Assembly (NCBI GenBank): GCA_002633005.1 | Contig: NMRA01000228.1 | Location: 360,120 to 424,119 of the forward strand | Direction: 5' to 3' | Source of the DNA: Phoronis australis | Taxonomy: Eukaryota > Animalia > Phoronida | DNA: 64,000 nt | In this document: piece after piece, positions 55,401 through 64,000 of the stretch | How the letters are laid out: each line of letters begins with the position of its first letter | How positions within the stretch are numbered: the first letter of the stretch is position 1 | Position numbers and translations under genes: made by a program | The notes under the pieces: model-generated | Database searches by the model: none | Seen by the model: the letters and a program-made list of their open reading frames with translations, nothing else | What the model was told of the DNA's origin: nothing

Positions 55401-58400
55401 GTTATGACACAACTGAACTTTTAGCCAATGTTTTCTGTTGCTTATTTGTGTACAAAACTCTGTTGAGTTTTTGGTTATTATTATGTGCTGGAAATAGTCG
55501 ATACGAATTTAGTGAATTTCAAATTTCAACCAACTTTAATTCATCCACATTTATATAATGTTTGGCTGCATTTTGTCATCACCTCCGTCTGTGTGTCTGG
55601 TGTCTGCTACTTGTATCTCTTAAACCCTTGCAGGATCTTCTTGAGATTTGGCCGATGTGTTGCTTTGAAGCTGACGACGGATCCAACCACCACTGTCTCC
55701 CCTAGTGGCAATTTTAGTGTTCTACATTGTCTGGTGTTCCTTGATGGATTTTTAGGATATTTGACAAAAAAGTTTTTTATTCAGGAGGCTAATTCACTTT
55801 CCCATTTTCCAACAAAGTGCCACCTATTGGCCACTGTTATTATCTTCAAGTCTGTTGTTTGGTGTCTACCTCTCTATCTGCTAAAACGCTCAAATGATCA
55901 TCATGAAAATTGTCAGATGTGCAGCTGCTGAGAAGGTCACGAGTGATATTGGTTTTTGAACGTGTCTGACAACAACTGTGGCACCCATTTGTGGCAATTT
56001 TTTTGCATTGGCGCGATATCTCTGTAACCTTTGTATGATCTTTTGAAATTTGGCAAGTGTTTTCTTTTGAATGCGACAGCAAACGACTTGGACGGATCTG
56101 ACTACCGCTGTGCCCTAAGTGGCAATATTTGTTGTTTACCTTTGACTCTTTATCATCAGAGTCCCAAGCATTTTTACAAATATGTTTCTATTATGGAGAC
56201 AATGTCTTTCTATTTTCCTACAGATTCAACTGATTCTGCACCACCTAGTGGCCATTTTTTATTCTTTTGTACTTTGTTTTGCTGCCCACCTCTCTGTCTG
56301 CCAAACCACTCTTGGGATGATTATGAAAATTGACACCTTTGTTCCTACAAGTAGCATTGATTTTCAAATGGGTCTGGCCATTGTGTTGTCACCTGTAGCA
56401 TTTTAGCTTCTGTGACAATTTGTCCTAAACCCCCTGTAGGATCTTTGTGAAATCTGGAGACATTATTCCTGTGAATATGGCAATGTATGACAATTTCTTT
56501 TGGATGGATGTGACCATTGTGCCATCTGGTGGCAATTATTTGATTTACCTCTGAATCGTGTATTCCATGATCAATGAATTCTCATTAAATTTGACGAATG
56601 TTTCTGTTACGGAGATGACAAAATCTTCCCATTTTGGGACAGATTTGATGTATTCTGCACATTTAATAAACGCCCCATTTACAGTGACGTCACGGATGCT
56701 TTTAAACACTTTACATTGCCCTTGTAGTTGTCAATGTATTGTTAAACATGTTTGGGCATGAGTTGTGGCAATATTAAGATTGTATGTTTTCTTTTGAAGA
56801 CCTTGGTTTGGATCCTCCATATTATAAGAAGAGCTATCCATCATTTAAGTTTGGTTTGTACACCCAAGGATTTAACCATACTCAGGAGTTCAACTCTACC
56901 TCTGACCTGCTGCAGTTATCTCCCCTACATATGGGCTACATTGTTCACAAGTTCAAAGTTAACACAGAGGTTGACCCTAATGAGGTTTGTCAGATGTACA
57001 TGTAATAGTGTCGCAATTTTCTAAAGCACTTGTTGTCTAACGACCATGGTTCTTTTATGCTTATTTAGATCCATGTGTCGATGTAAAAAAATTTCACATA
57101 TAACTGCATGCTGATTGCTCTTAAGCTTCGTTGTAACGGACATGTCAAGTTTCACGCATGTGATATTTAAGAATCAATTCATCAGTCACAGATTTTACTG
57201 TGTTTCACATGTAGGGATATAAGCCTAAAAAAGCACATATGGTGTCAGTAATTGTAATTTTTCAATTGGTCAGAGATTATAGAAAACAAGCTTTGTGTTG
57301 TAAATATCGTTCTTCATCAGCACTCAGGGCCTTATAGGTAAACGGTTGTGTAATGCTTAGCTGTCAGCCCATCTCTTTGCTGGATTTTTGCTACTATTGC
57401 TGGTTAAATGCTAAAATATTATATAATTATGTTGGTCTTTGCCATGCTTGTTTAATTTCACACTGCTGACCTCTGACACTGCTGACCTCTGACACTGCTG
57501 ATTAATCTGTTCACAGTTGACCAGCTCCAACTTCACCGTTGTCTACAACGACACTGCCATCCACTCCCTCCCAGCTGCGCTCAACGTTCTGGCCAATAGC
57601 ATCCTGAGGGCGTCTGTACCCTGGGTCAATGTCACTAACACGTCGACATTTGACAACATTTTTAACAGGTAGGTGAATATGTATGAACTGTGTCACTTAC
57701 GTGCAACACTGCAAAGTCATGTTCAGTCTGAGTTTATAATTTTAAGTTTTCAGGTGATAACATTTTGTATCTAGATTCCATTGGTGGTGGTGCTGTAGTG
57801 ATGGGCTGAGGACTATTACAATTATATTTATCACCCAAGAAGATCATTAACTAACACCTAAGCTGAGACCAGTCATTAAAATTTCACGCATTCTCACTGC
57901 TTTCTTATTTCATCTTCTTAAATGATATTTTTCAATAGATATTTTTATTTCCTAGATTAAAGGATGTGATGTACGTTACCAGTGTTGTGTTGTAATGCTT
58001 GTTCATTTTTGTTCATTTTCTTGTTCCAGGATTAACGTGAGCAGTTACCCATGGCCTGATGTAGGTGTACAATATGGCTTCAGCTATGGTTCCTTCTTTG
58101 TTGTCATGCTGGCTGGTATGGCCCTGTCTATCATACCTCCAGGCTTTGGAACAGACATGGTTACTGATAGGGAGGTATGCCAAGTATTTTTGATTTTATC
58201 TAGCTCACACAAGCCTTTGTGAGCTATGGCTATATATTTCAAGTGTAGCGTGTGATTTCTCCTAGTTTTCATTCACAAGTAACTGGTGAATGTGTCTCTG
58301 GATTTTCTCTACTCTAACTGCCATTTGACTGGCAAAAACTTAGTTGACTCTTTTCAAAGAATGTGTTAAAGCTTTGAAATTCTATTGGACAAGAGCATAG

Positions 58401-61400
58401 CTAGCTAGATTTATGCTTCTGCTTGGTCTTAATTGACTTTTTGTTTTGCACTTAGCATAAAGTGCTTTTTTTACTAATGCGTACTTAGAGTGGATTTAAC
58501 TTCATCAAGTTTTTGCACGCGACACTGACACTTAAGGTGAATTTACAAATGGTTGGTAATTGTTAGATTCACATCCTTCATCTGAAAACAATCAACTATT
58601 GGTTAATTAACTTGATGAACATGTCCGTTGCAGATCAAGGCCCGAAGTCAGCTACGAACTGCTGGGATGTCACATGACATGTATATGGGCGCTACGGTGT
58701 TTGCTGACTCTGTCCAGATTTACGGTGTTATGTTTGTCTTCATCATTATACTGCTGGCCTTCAAGGTAAATAGAGCATGTGAACAATTGCACATTATTAT
58801 ATTGCTGGTAATCAGGGTAACTTGTCGTATGTGAACTCTTGTGCATTATAATATTGCTGGTAATCAGGATAACTAGAGCATGTGAATATTTGTGCAATAA
58901 TATATTGTTGGTAATCAAGGTAACTTGAGTATGTGAACACTTGCGCATTGTCATATTGCTGGTAATCCGGATAACTTAAGCATGTGAACACCTGTATATC
59001 AACCATTATACTGTTGGTCTTCTTGGTAATGCCAGAGTGTGTGATCGCTTGCACGTTTTTCATTATTAAGTATTGAAATTAGTTCATCAGTACTTTGGTG
59101 CAAAGAATTTTTTCCTGACATATGAAACTTGAGAATGTGCATCCTGAAGTCATGTTCCAGATTTAAAGAGTTTTCTGATACTTGCAGATTTTACACATTA
59201 ATGCAATTTATCTAAAAGACAGCAGATAACATGTGACTAAAGTATGTAAACCTTGTTGAAACAGTATTCAGTGTTTCTGGCCTTGCTTGACATTGCTACA
59301 ATAGACCAAGCAGAAACAAAGGAGATGAAAATCCGTGAAGCTCTACACATCAATTGATGCAAGCTCAGTCTCAATAGCCAACTGGCACACCACAGGTTGT
59401 CATTGTTAGTCTAGTCTACTGTTACTCCCCTGTAACTGACTGTGACTGTGTATCATTACATGTTGTTGGGCCTAGCAAGGTGGCCACTGATTTATGTCTG
59501 AGGAACCGATGGAGTTTCAATAAACGCCGAAACATGTCAAGCCGGTTTAAATCCGTCGTTGTTTTTGTTAACTTTGCTTGCCTTTTGTTATGCGCGATAG
59601 TTTTGTGCCAATACATCTGTTGCTATAGTGAATGGTAAGTACTAGGATTGTAGCCATGGTCAGTAAATTGAGAGCAAGAAGTCAGAGTGAGCACCTCACC
59701 ATTTTCATACAAGTTAACTAAAACATATTTAACATGGATATGACGTGGTCAAGAACATGATGGTTGAGTCATTAGGTAATGAGACAACTTCCACTGTGTC
59801 TGTGTCTGTTACAGGTGGAAGGATTCTACCACCCGGGCGCCATGTTGTGTCTGGTCTTACTATTCCTGTTCTATGGTTTCCTCAACATGTTACTGGTCTA
59901 CAATCTGTCATTTTTCTTCAACAAGACAGAATCAGCTCTCAACATATTGCCAACTCTCACATTCCTAGTAAGTACACATGCACTTGTATGTAGCTGCTCC
60001 AGTATGCCTCAAACAGTGAATTTTTTAAAATTGATTCAATAATGTCAAACAAAGATTTATTTNNNNNNNNNNNNNNNNNNNNNNNNNNNNNNNNNNNNNN
60101 NNNNNNNNNNNNNNNNNNNNNNNNNNNNNNNNNNNNNNNNNNNNNNNNNNNNNNNNNNNNNNNNNNNNNNNNNNNNNNNNNNNNNNNNNNNNNNNNNNNN
60201 NNNNNNNNNNNNNNNNNNNNNNNNNNNNNNNNNNNNNNNNNNNNNNNNNNNNNNNNNNNNNNNNNNNNNNNNNNNNNNNNNNNNNNNNNNNNNNNNNNNN
60301 NNNNNNNNNNNNNNNNNNNNNNNNNNNNNNNNNNNNNNNNNNNNNNNNNNNNNNNNNNNNNNNNNNNNNNNNNNNNNNNNNNNNNNNNNNNNNNNNNNNN
60401 NNNNNNNNNNNNNNNNNNNNNNNNNNNNNNNNNNNNNNNNNNNNNNNNNNNNNNNNNNNNNNNNNNNNNNNNNNNNNNNNNNNNNNNNNNNNNNNNNNNN
60501 NNNNNNNNNNNNNNNNNNNNNNNNNNNNNNNNNNNNNNNNNNNNNNNNNNNNNNNNNNNNNNNNNNNNNNNNNNNNNNNNNNNNNNNNNNNNNNNNNNNN
60601 NNNNNNNNNNNNNNNNNNNNNNNNNNNNNNNNNNNNNNNNNNNNNNNNNNNNNNNNNNNNNNNNNNNNNNNNNNNNNNNNNNNNNNNNNNNNNNNNNNNN
60701 NNNNNNNNNNNNNNNNNNNNNNNNNNNNNNNNNNNNNNNNNNNNNNNNNNNNNNNNNNNNNNNNNNNNNNNNNNNNNNNNNNNNNNNNNNNNNNNNNNNN
60801 NNNNNNNNNNNNNNNNNNNNNNNNNNNNNNNNNNNNNNNNNNNNNNNNNNNNNNNNNNNNNNNNNNNNNNNNNNNNNNNNNNNNNNNNNNNNNNNNNNNN
60901 NNNNNNNNNNNNNNNNNNNNNNNNNNNNNNNNNNNNNNNNNNNNNNNNNNNNNNNNNNNNNNNNNNNNNNNNNNNNNNNNNNNNNNNNNNNNNNNNNNNN
61001 NNNNNNNNNNNNNNNNNNNNNNAATTAAGGCGCGCTGTCGATCATTTTATCCCCGTTTGCTGGCTGGTAACAGTACAGGCACTGCTCGAGTCACACTGAT
61101 GGCGTTTTCTCGGCCTGGGTTCCTGAATGAATTGTACTTCCGAGTTCGCGGCAAGTTCAAAATGGCGGTGTTTCTTTGGGTGCGAATCGTGAGTGGCGCG
61201 TTCATTTAAACTGTTTTCGAGTACGGATCGTGTATTAGTTATGGGGTAGGTACTTCTTGGATCCTTATAACATCTTCTAACCATGTAATAAGGGTTAACA
61301 ACGCGTGAGAGAAGGACTTTAAATGTCATTGAGTGTTTTAAGGCAATTTTCTACCTTTGTAGTAGTAATATTCATGTGTTGCATAACATTAGATCTACCA

Positions 61401-63394
61401 TTTTCCTGAATTACTTTAAACGCGTTGGTTGAATGTCAAATATTCAAGTTGTTTGAGATGACTTCAATTAATTCCAGTCACATGGTAAATTGTTTATGGG
61501 CTTTTTGATTTTTCATTTTTTAACAGTTTCTCTTAGTGCGTTTAAAGCAAAAATTACTTTCCAGAAAGTGTCAGTCTCATGAATTGAAAAAATTTTGCTA
61601 TGTTGAAACGCATAAATTAAGAAAGTTCAGAAAATATACACTTTTATCGGTTAAAAATGGATGGCTAAAAGTTATTTGATGAAGTATGACGCCACTTCTG
61701 GGTGGTCGATAATTGCCTCAATAAGATCTCTATTGGTATTTGAAGCATGTTGTCTATCGTTTATGACTGATTGCTGTACTAACTGTTGTGTTTGTGTCAA
61801 CATCAGTTCAAGGTGTGCAGATTCACCTCATGGCAGTATGATCACAGCAATACTACCTCTGAGGTGCATAAGAAAGTTCAACAATGTAAAAGATTTCAAC
61901 TAATCTAAAACAACAGTAAAACTTGTGCGTTTTGGTTATCATACCTATGTGGCCAAAATGTTCTTGTTGATACGATCGATTTTATGCTGGTTTGGTCTTA
62001 GCCTATCTTGTCTTCACCAGGTTGCCCTGATTCCATACATGGCTGTAGGGTTATTGGACAGCTATGAGGGGATAGCCAAGACTGTGGCCTTCTCTCTACA
62101 CATTCTACTGTCACTGGCAAACCCACTGTATGCTTCATATGGTGGACTCAACTACATTTTGAAGGTTGGTAGTAAACAATAATTGATTGAAGAGTGAACT
62201 GGTGAAGTATTAACAAATTGTTTTGTGTAATATATTACTCACTATTATGATATTGTTTTGTGTTATATTACTCACTATTATGATATTGTTTTGTGTTTAT
62301 ATTACTCACTATTGTAATATTGTTTTGTGTTATATTACTCACTATTATTATATTGTTTTGTGTTTTATTACTCACTATTGTGGTATTTTGTGTTATATTA
62401 CTCACTTTTGTATTGTTTTTGGTGAATTGCTGAGAGTAATATGGAAAAGCGTTTTTTTTTCAGAAATTTCCTGACGGAAAAAGTCTTTTGCTGGGTTTTT
62501 GTTAACTTGGTGACAGGGTTGTGTATAACTGTAAAATTTGTAGTCAGGATTGGTTAGTTTGTATGTGATATCAGCAGTAGTGTTCAATAGATGCATTGTT
62601 CAACAGTTGCATTGATTGTATATTGCAATAGTTGCATTGTTCAGAAGCAGCATTTTGCAACAGTTGCATTGTACAAAAGTTGTTTTTTGCAATAGTTGCA
62701 TTGTTCAACAGTTGCATTTTCCAACAGTTGCGTTTTCCAACAGTTGCATTTTTTTCAACTTTTTATGCCTGGTCCTGCTTTACCACTGACCCACACACTA
62801 TGGTAATTTGGTTGAGACTACAGTTAGTTGCTCAAAGCAGTGAATTATTGAAATGACATTGTGTTTGATGTGGTCAATGGCAGATCTAATCGTGTTACTA
62901 TTTATTCACACACTTACCATGTCTTTTATTATGTTTTTAGGTGTATCGATCACATGTTGCAATGTATGGCCCTACAGTTCCCTTGTCCATCAGTGAATAC
63001 TTTAAGTGGGAGGCTGGCATTGTTATTGTGCTCATTGCAGTAAGTCATGTTTTGCTTTAAATGTGTGTATTCATTACAGTCAACTATCATACTAATCTTG
63101 TGATGTAAAGCGTGTCACGTACTCTTACTAAAGGAACATTAAAGTATACTTTGTGCACAAGTTCCATATTATTTTTAGCCACCCGTCCATTGTGTGTGGA
63201 ACTATTTCCTGTTGCGCTACCTGGAAGTGCGGAGTACAGGTGGGGATATACGTGATGCATTTCAAGTTTGTGGCTGCAAGCCCAAAACTGATGATGTGGC
63301 CCTGGAGAATGATGACGTTCCAGAGAATGAAGACATTGATGTGACGGAGGAGAGGGAGAGAGTGGAGAATATTGAAGAGACAGCACACTCGACG
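25420..63394 (+). CDS. ABCA5: ABC transporter subfamily A, ABCA5-like (3'-partial; Walker-B exon mostly missing)
   Basis: Exons: 25420-25515 ([27 protein letters not shown]), 26255-26642, 31450-31562, 42144-42370 ([24 protein letters not shown]), 47163-47520, 48298-48451, 48931-49114, 49564-49634, 50390-50523 (Walker [10 protein letters not shown]), 51151-51303 ([10 protein letters not shown]), 51669-51788 (signature LSGGQKRKL), [Walker-B exon: only its DEADIL/FA end is seen, near 52238-52430], 52574-52664 ([14 protein letters not shown]), 53297-53436, 54503-54616 ([14 protein letters not shown]), 54926-55384, 56800-56984, 57517-57668, 58030-58174, 58634-58765, 59815-59967, 62021-62164, 62941-63039, 63179-63394. 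NBD2 lies beyond the window. Subfamily A is secure; the ABCA5 orthology is less certain. Confidence 0.9.
28283..28466 (-). repeat. Dispersed repeat, inverted copy of 61123-61297
   Basis: The reverse complement reads CTGAATGAATTGTACTTCC...GTTCAAAATGGCGGTG...CTTCTAACCAT..AATAAGGGTTAA, as at 61123-61297. Confidence 0.8.
29289..29554. mobile_element. Fold-back MITE with CAGGG ends
   Basis: CAGGGATCCGTTCCAAGAAAACTGACTT vs the reverse complement of the right end, CAGGGACTCGTTCTGAGAAACTGACTT. The interior is rich in CTTAAG motifs. Confidence 0.75.
29724..30058. mobile_element. Harbinger-like MITE family, copy 2 (both TIRs visible)
   Basis: GTCCCGTCCACACACAGCCTACGTTAGAACAACTT ... AACTTGTTCTAGTGTAAGTCTGTGTGTGGGCGGC. 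Confidence 0.8.
30908..31086. repeat. 58-bp tandem repeat, 3 copies
   Basis: AATTTCTCTAGATGGCGATCATGTTACATTGTGAAATAAGTT(A/C)AGTGAAGTGAACAAT at 30908, 30966 and 31024. Confidence 0.95.
35259..36610. mobile_element. Harbinger-like MITE interrupted by a piggyBac-type insertion
   Basis: Ends GGCCTTTTCATACT / AGTATGAAAGGCCC. The motif AGTGCGAAGTTAACT is present on both sides of the insertion. Confidence 0.75.
35641..36484. mobile_element. piggyBac-type non-autonomous element (844 bp)
   Basis: TTAA|CCCTTATCCTGC ... GCAGGATAAGGG|TTAA: a perfect 12-bp TIR starting CCC and a TTAA target duplication. One N at 35945. Confidence 0.9.
37466..37972. mobile_element. AT-rich MITE
   Basis: TGAGACCCTGATTTTCCA ... 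TGGACAATCAGGGTCTTA inverted ends. Confidence 0.6.
44138..44595. mobile_element. Harbinger-like MITE family, copy 3 (longer, with an internal ~45-bp duplication)
   Basis: Same start (TAA-GTCCCGTCCACACACAGCCTAC) and body as the copies at 15894 and 29724. AAAACAATGTGCACTGTCCCATCCACACACACTGCAATTTACCCC is duplicated. Confidence 0.8.
45317..45665. mobile_element. Nested inverted-repeat elements
   Basis: Outer perfect 14-bp IR AATTGACCTATCAC/GTGATAGGTCAATT. Inner IR CGTTCAGTA..CGCTAGGACCT / AGGTCCTAGCG.TACTGAACG (45448-45600). Small hairpin ATTTACCCGAC/GTCGGGTAAAT (45406-45439). Confidence 0.65.
46445..46489. repeat. (TG)n microsatellite
   Basis: TG dinucleotide run with CG interruptions. Confidence 0.95.
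48117..48240. repeat. Fold-back hairpin or mini-MITE
   Basis: CCCGTATTTTGAGAACCAGTTT (48145-48166) / AAACTGGTTCTCAAAATTCGGG (48189-48210), with weaker pairing further out. Confidence 0.75.
49178..49255 (+). mobile_element. tRNA-derived SINE head or tRNA pseudogene
   Basis: Pol III A box TGGCCGTGTGG (49187-49197) and B box GGTTCGAATCC (49231-49241) at tRNA spacing. The acceptor and anticodon stems do not pair properly. Confidence 0.65.
49778..50194. mobile_element. Decayed MITE
   Basis: TTAAGGCCTTTTTGCTCAAAT vs the reverse complement of the right end, TTAAATGCCTTTCGCACAAAT. Confidence 0.5.
52238..52506 (+). repeat. 91-bp tandem repeat (3 copies) of an ABCA exon end, donor and intron start
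   Basis: Units start at 52238, 52329 and 52420, immediately after the N at 52237. The junctions read GATGAGGCTGACATCTT(C/A)GCTG|GTATGC. Confidence 0.92.
55575..56545 (+). mobile_element. Modular degenerate repeat (possibly Helentron/HINE-like) with recurring CTCF-like motifs
   Basis: A GTCTGT-type microsatellite start, recurring GATCTTxTTGAAATTTGG and CCTAAACCCxTTGCAGG motifs, and six CCx(C/T)CTAGTGGC-like motifs. Related fragments at about 30480-30745 and 16745-16900. The class assignment is inference. Confidence 0.5.
58741..59052 (+). repeat. Degenerate ~51-bp tandem repeat (6 copies) spanning an ABCA exon/donor junction
   Basis: Units start at 58741, 58792, 58844, 58895, 58946 and about 59001. 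Unit 1 includes the last 25 nt of exon 58634-58765 and its GT donor. Confidence 0.85.
60063..61022. other. Assembly gap (960 N)
   Basis: Run of N inside an ABCA intron. The flanking exons join in phase 0. Confidence 0.99.
61123..61297 (+). repeat. Dispersed repeat (copy of 28283-28466), CpG-rich
   Basis: Direct alignment by eye to the reverse complement of 28283-28466. Confidence 0.8.
62221..62420. repeat. ~33-bp minisatellite, about 6 copies
   Basis: TTTTGTGTTATATTACTCACTATTATGATATTG repeated with variants. Confidence 0.9.
62583..62758. repeat. Degenerate 16-17-bp tandem repeat
   Basis: CAA(C/T)AGTTGCATT(G/T)TT repeated many times with variants. Confidence 0.8.
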
Positions 63395-64000
63395 GTAGGT
63401 ACACACTGCAGATCATGCTGTCAATTAAGGTTCCTCTGTTATCCATCTCTGCTTCCTAAACTCCCTGGATGACATAAAGTTGTTTACATAAAATTTAAGA
63501 AACTTTGTTTTAAAGAACAGAACTAGAAATGTTCAAGTTTCTATTCCGAGTTACCCACAATCTTCTAATTTTCTCCCAAGTTCTCTGCTGATTTCCATGT
63601 TCTTTCGCAGCCGATTCTTTCGAGCAGATCATTAGCCCTGACAGTTTTGTTTAACTATCCTCATGAGCTGTGAACACAAATTGCTATTCAGTAATTGATA
63701 CCGTCTGCCTGTCTCATTGTGTATTTAATTTGGGTCATGAAGTCTGTAGTAGTAGGAGTAGTAGGTCAGTTTGCCTGATTATTTGACTATTTCTTCGCAT
63801 AATACTGAAACCTCCTAACATCATTTTCATTAGAACTGCTGTCCATGTATATTCCCCTTTACTATCTTGCTTGTCTTAATAAGAGTCTAAACGTAATGCC
63901 AAAACAGGAGCCCAATGTTTTTCAATAGTGAAGACTTATCGTTCATGTTAGTACATAATACAGTGCCACAGCAGACAGATGACTGTTTACTCGTGATGAC

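Noticed and set aside
60042-61028. 328-aa ORF in the ORF track
   Set aside because: It is almost entirely the 960-N assembly gap.
4247-63394. U12-type or non-canonical introns
   Set aside because: All introns I reconstructed are GT-AG and none has the GTATCCTT/ATATCCTT U12 donor.

Overview
AT-rich animal genomic DNA, probably an invertebrate (a mollusc or other lophotrochozoan is my inference). Three spliced protein-coding genes were rebuilt by hand from GT-AG splice sites and reading phase. (1) UBFD1 on +, 7 exons seen at 4133-12433; the first coding exon was not found. (2) A 4-exon membrane-anchored JmjC/cupin-fold protein on - (19450-23325) with an intact HxD...H triad. (3) An ABCA5-like full transporter on +, from 25420 past the window end, arranged head-to-head with gene 2. 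Most of the ABCA Walker-B exon is missing, at a single-N gap next to a 91-bp tandem repeat of that exon's own 3' end. Introns are dense with non-autonomous DNA transposons (Kolobok-, piggyBac-, hAT-, Harbinger- and Tc1/mariner-like, several nested), minisatellites and a tRNA-derived SINE head. The most unusual signals are three independent tandem duplications that straddle exon/5'-splice-site junctions, an oriented array of CTCF-like motifs in an intronic repeat, and four consecutive fold-back elements downstream of the JmjC gene. I found no CRISPR array or prokaryotic system. All coordinates were read by eye and no database searches were run.
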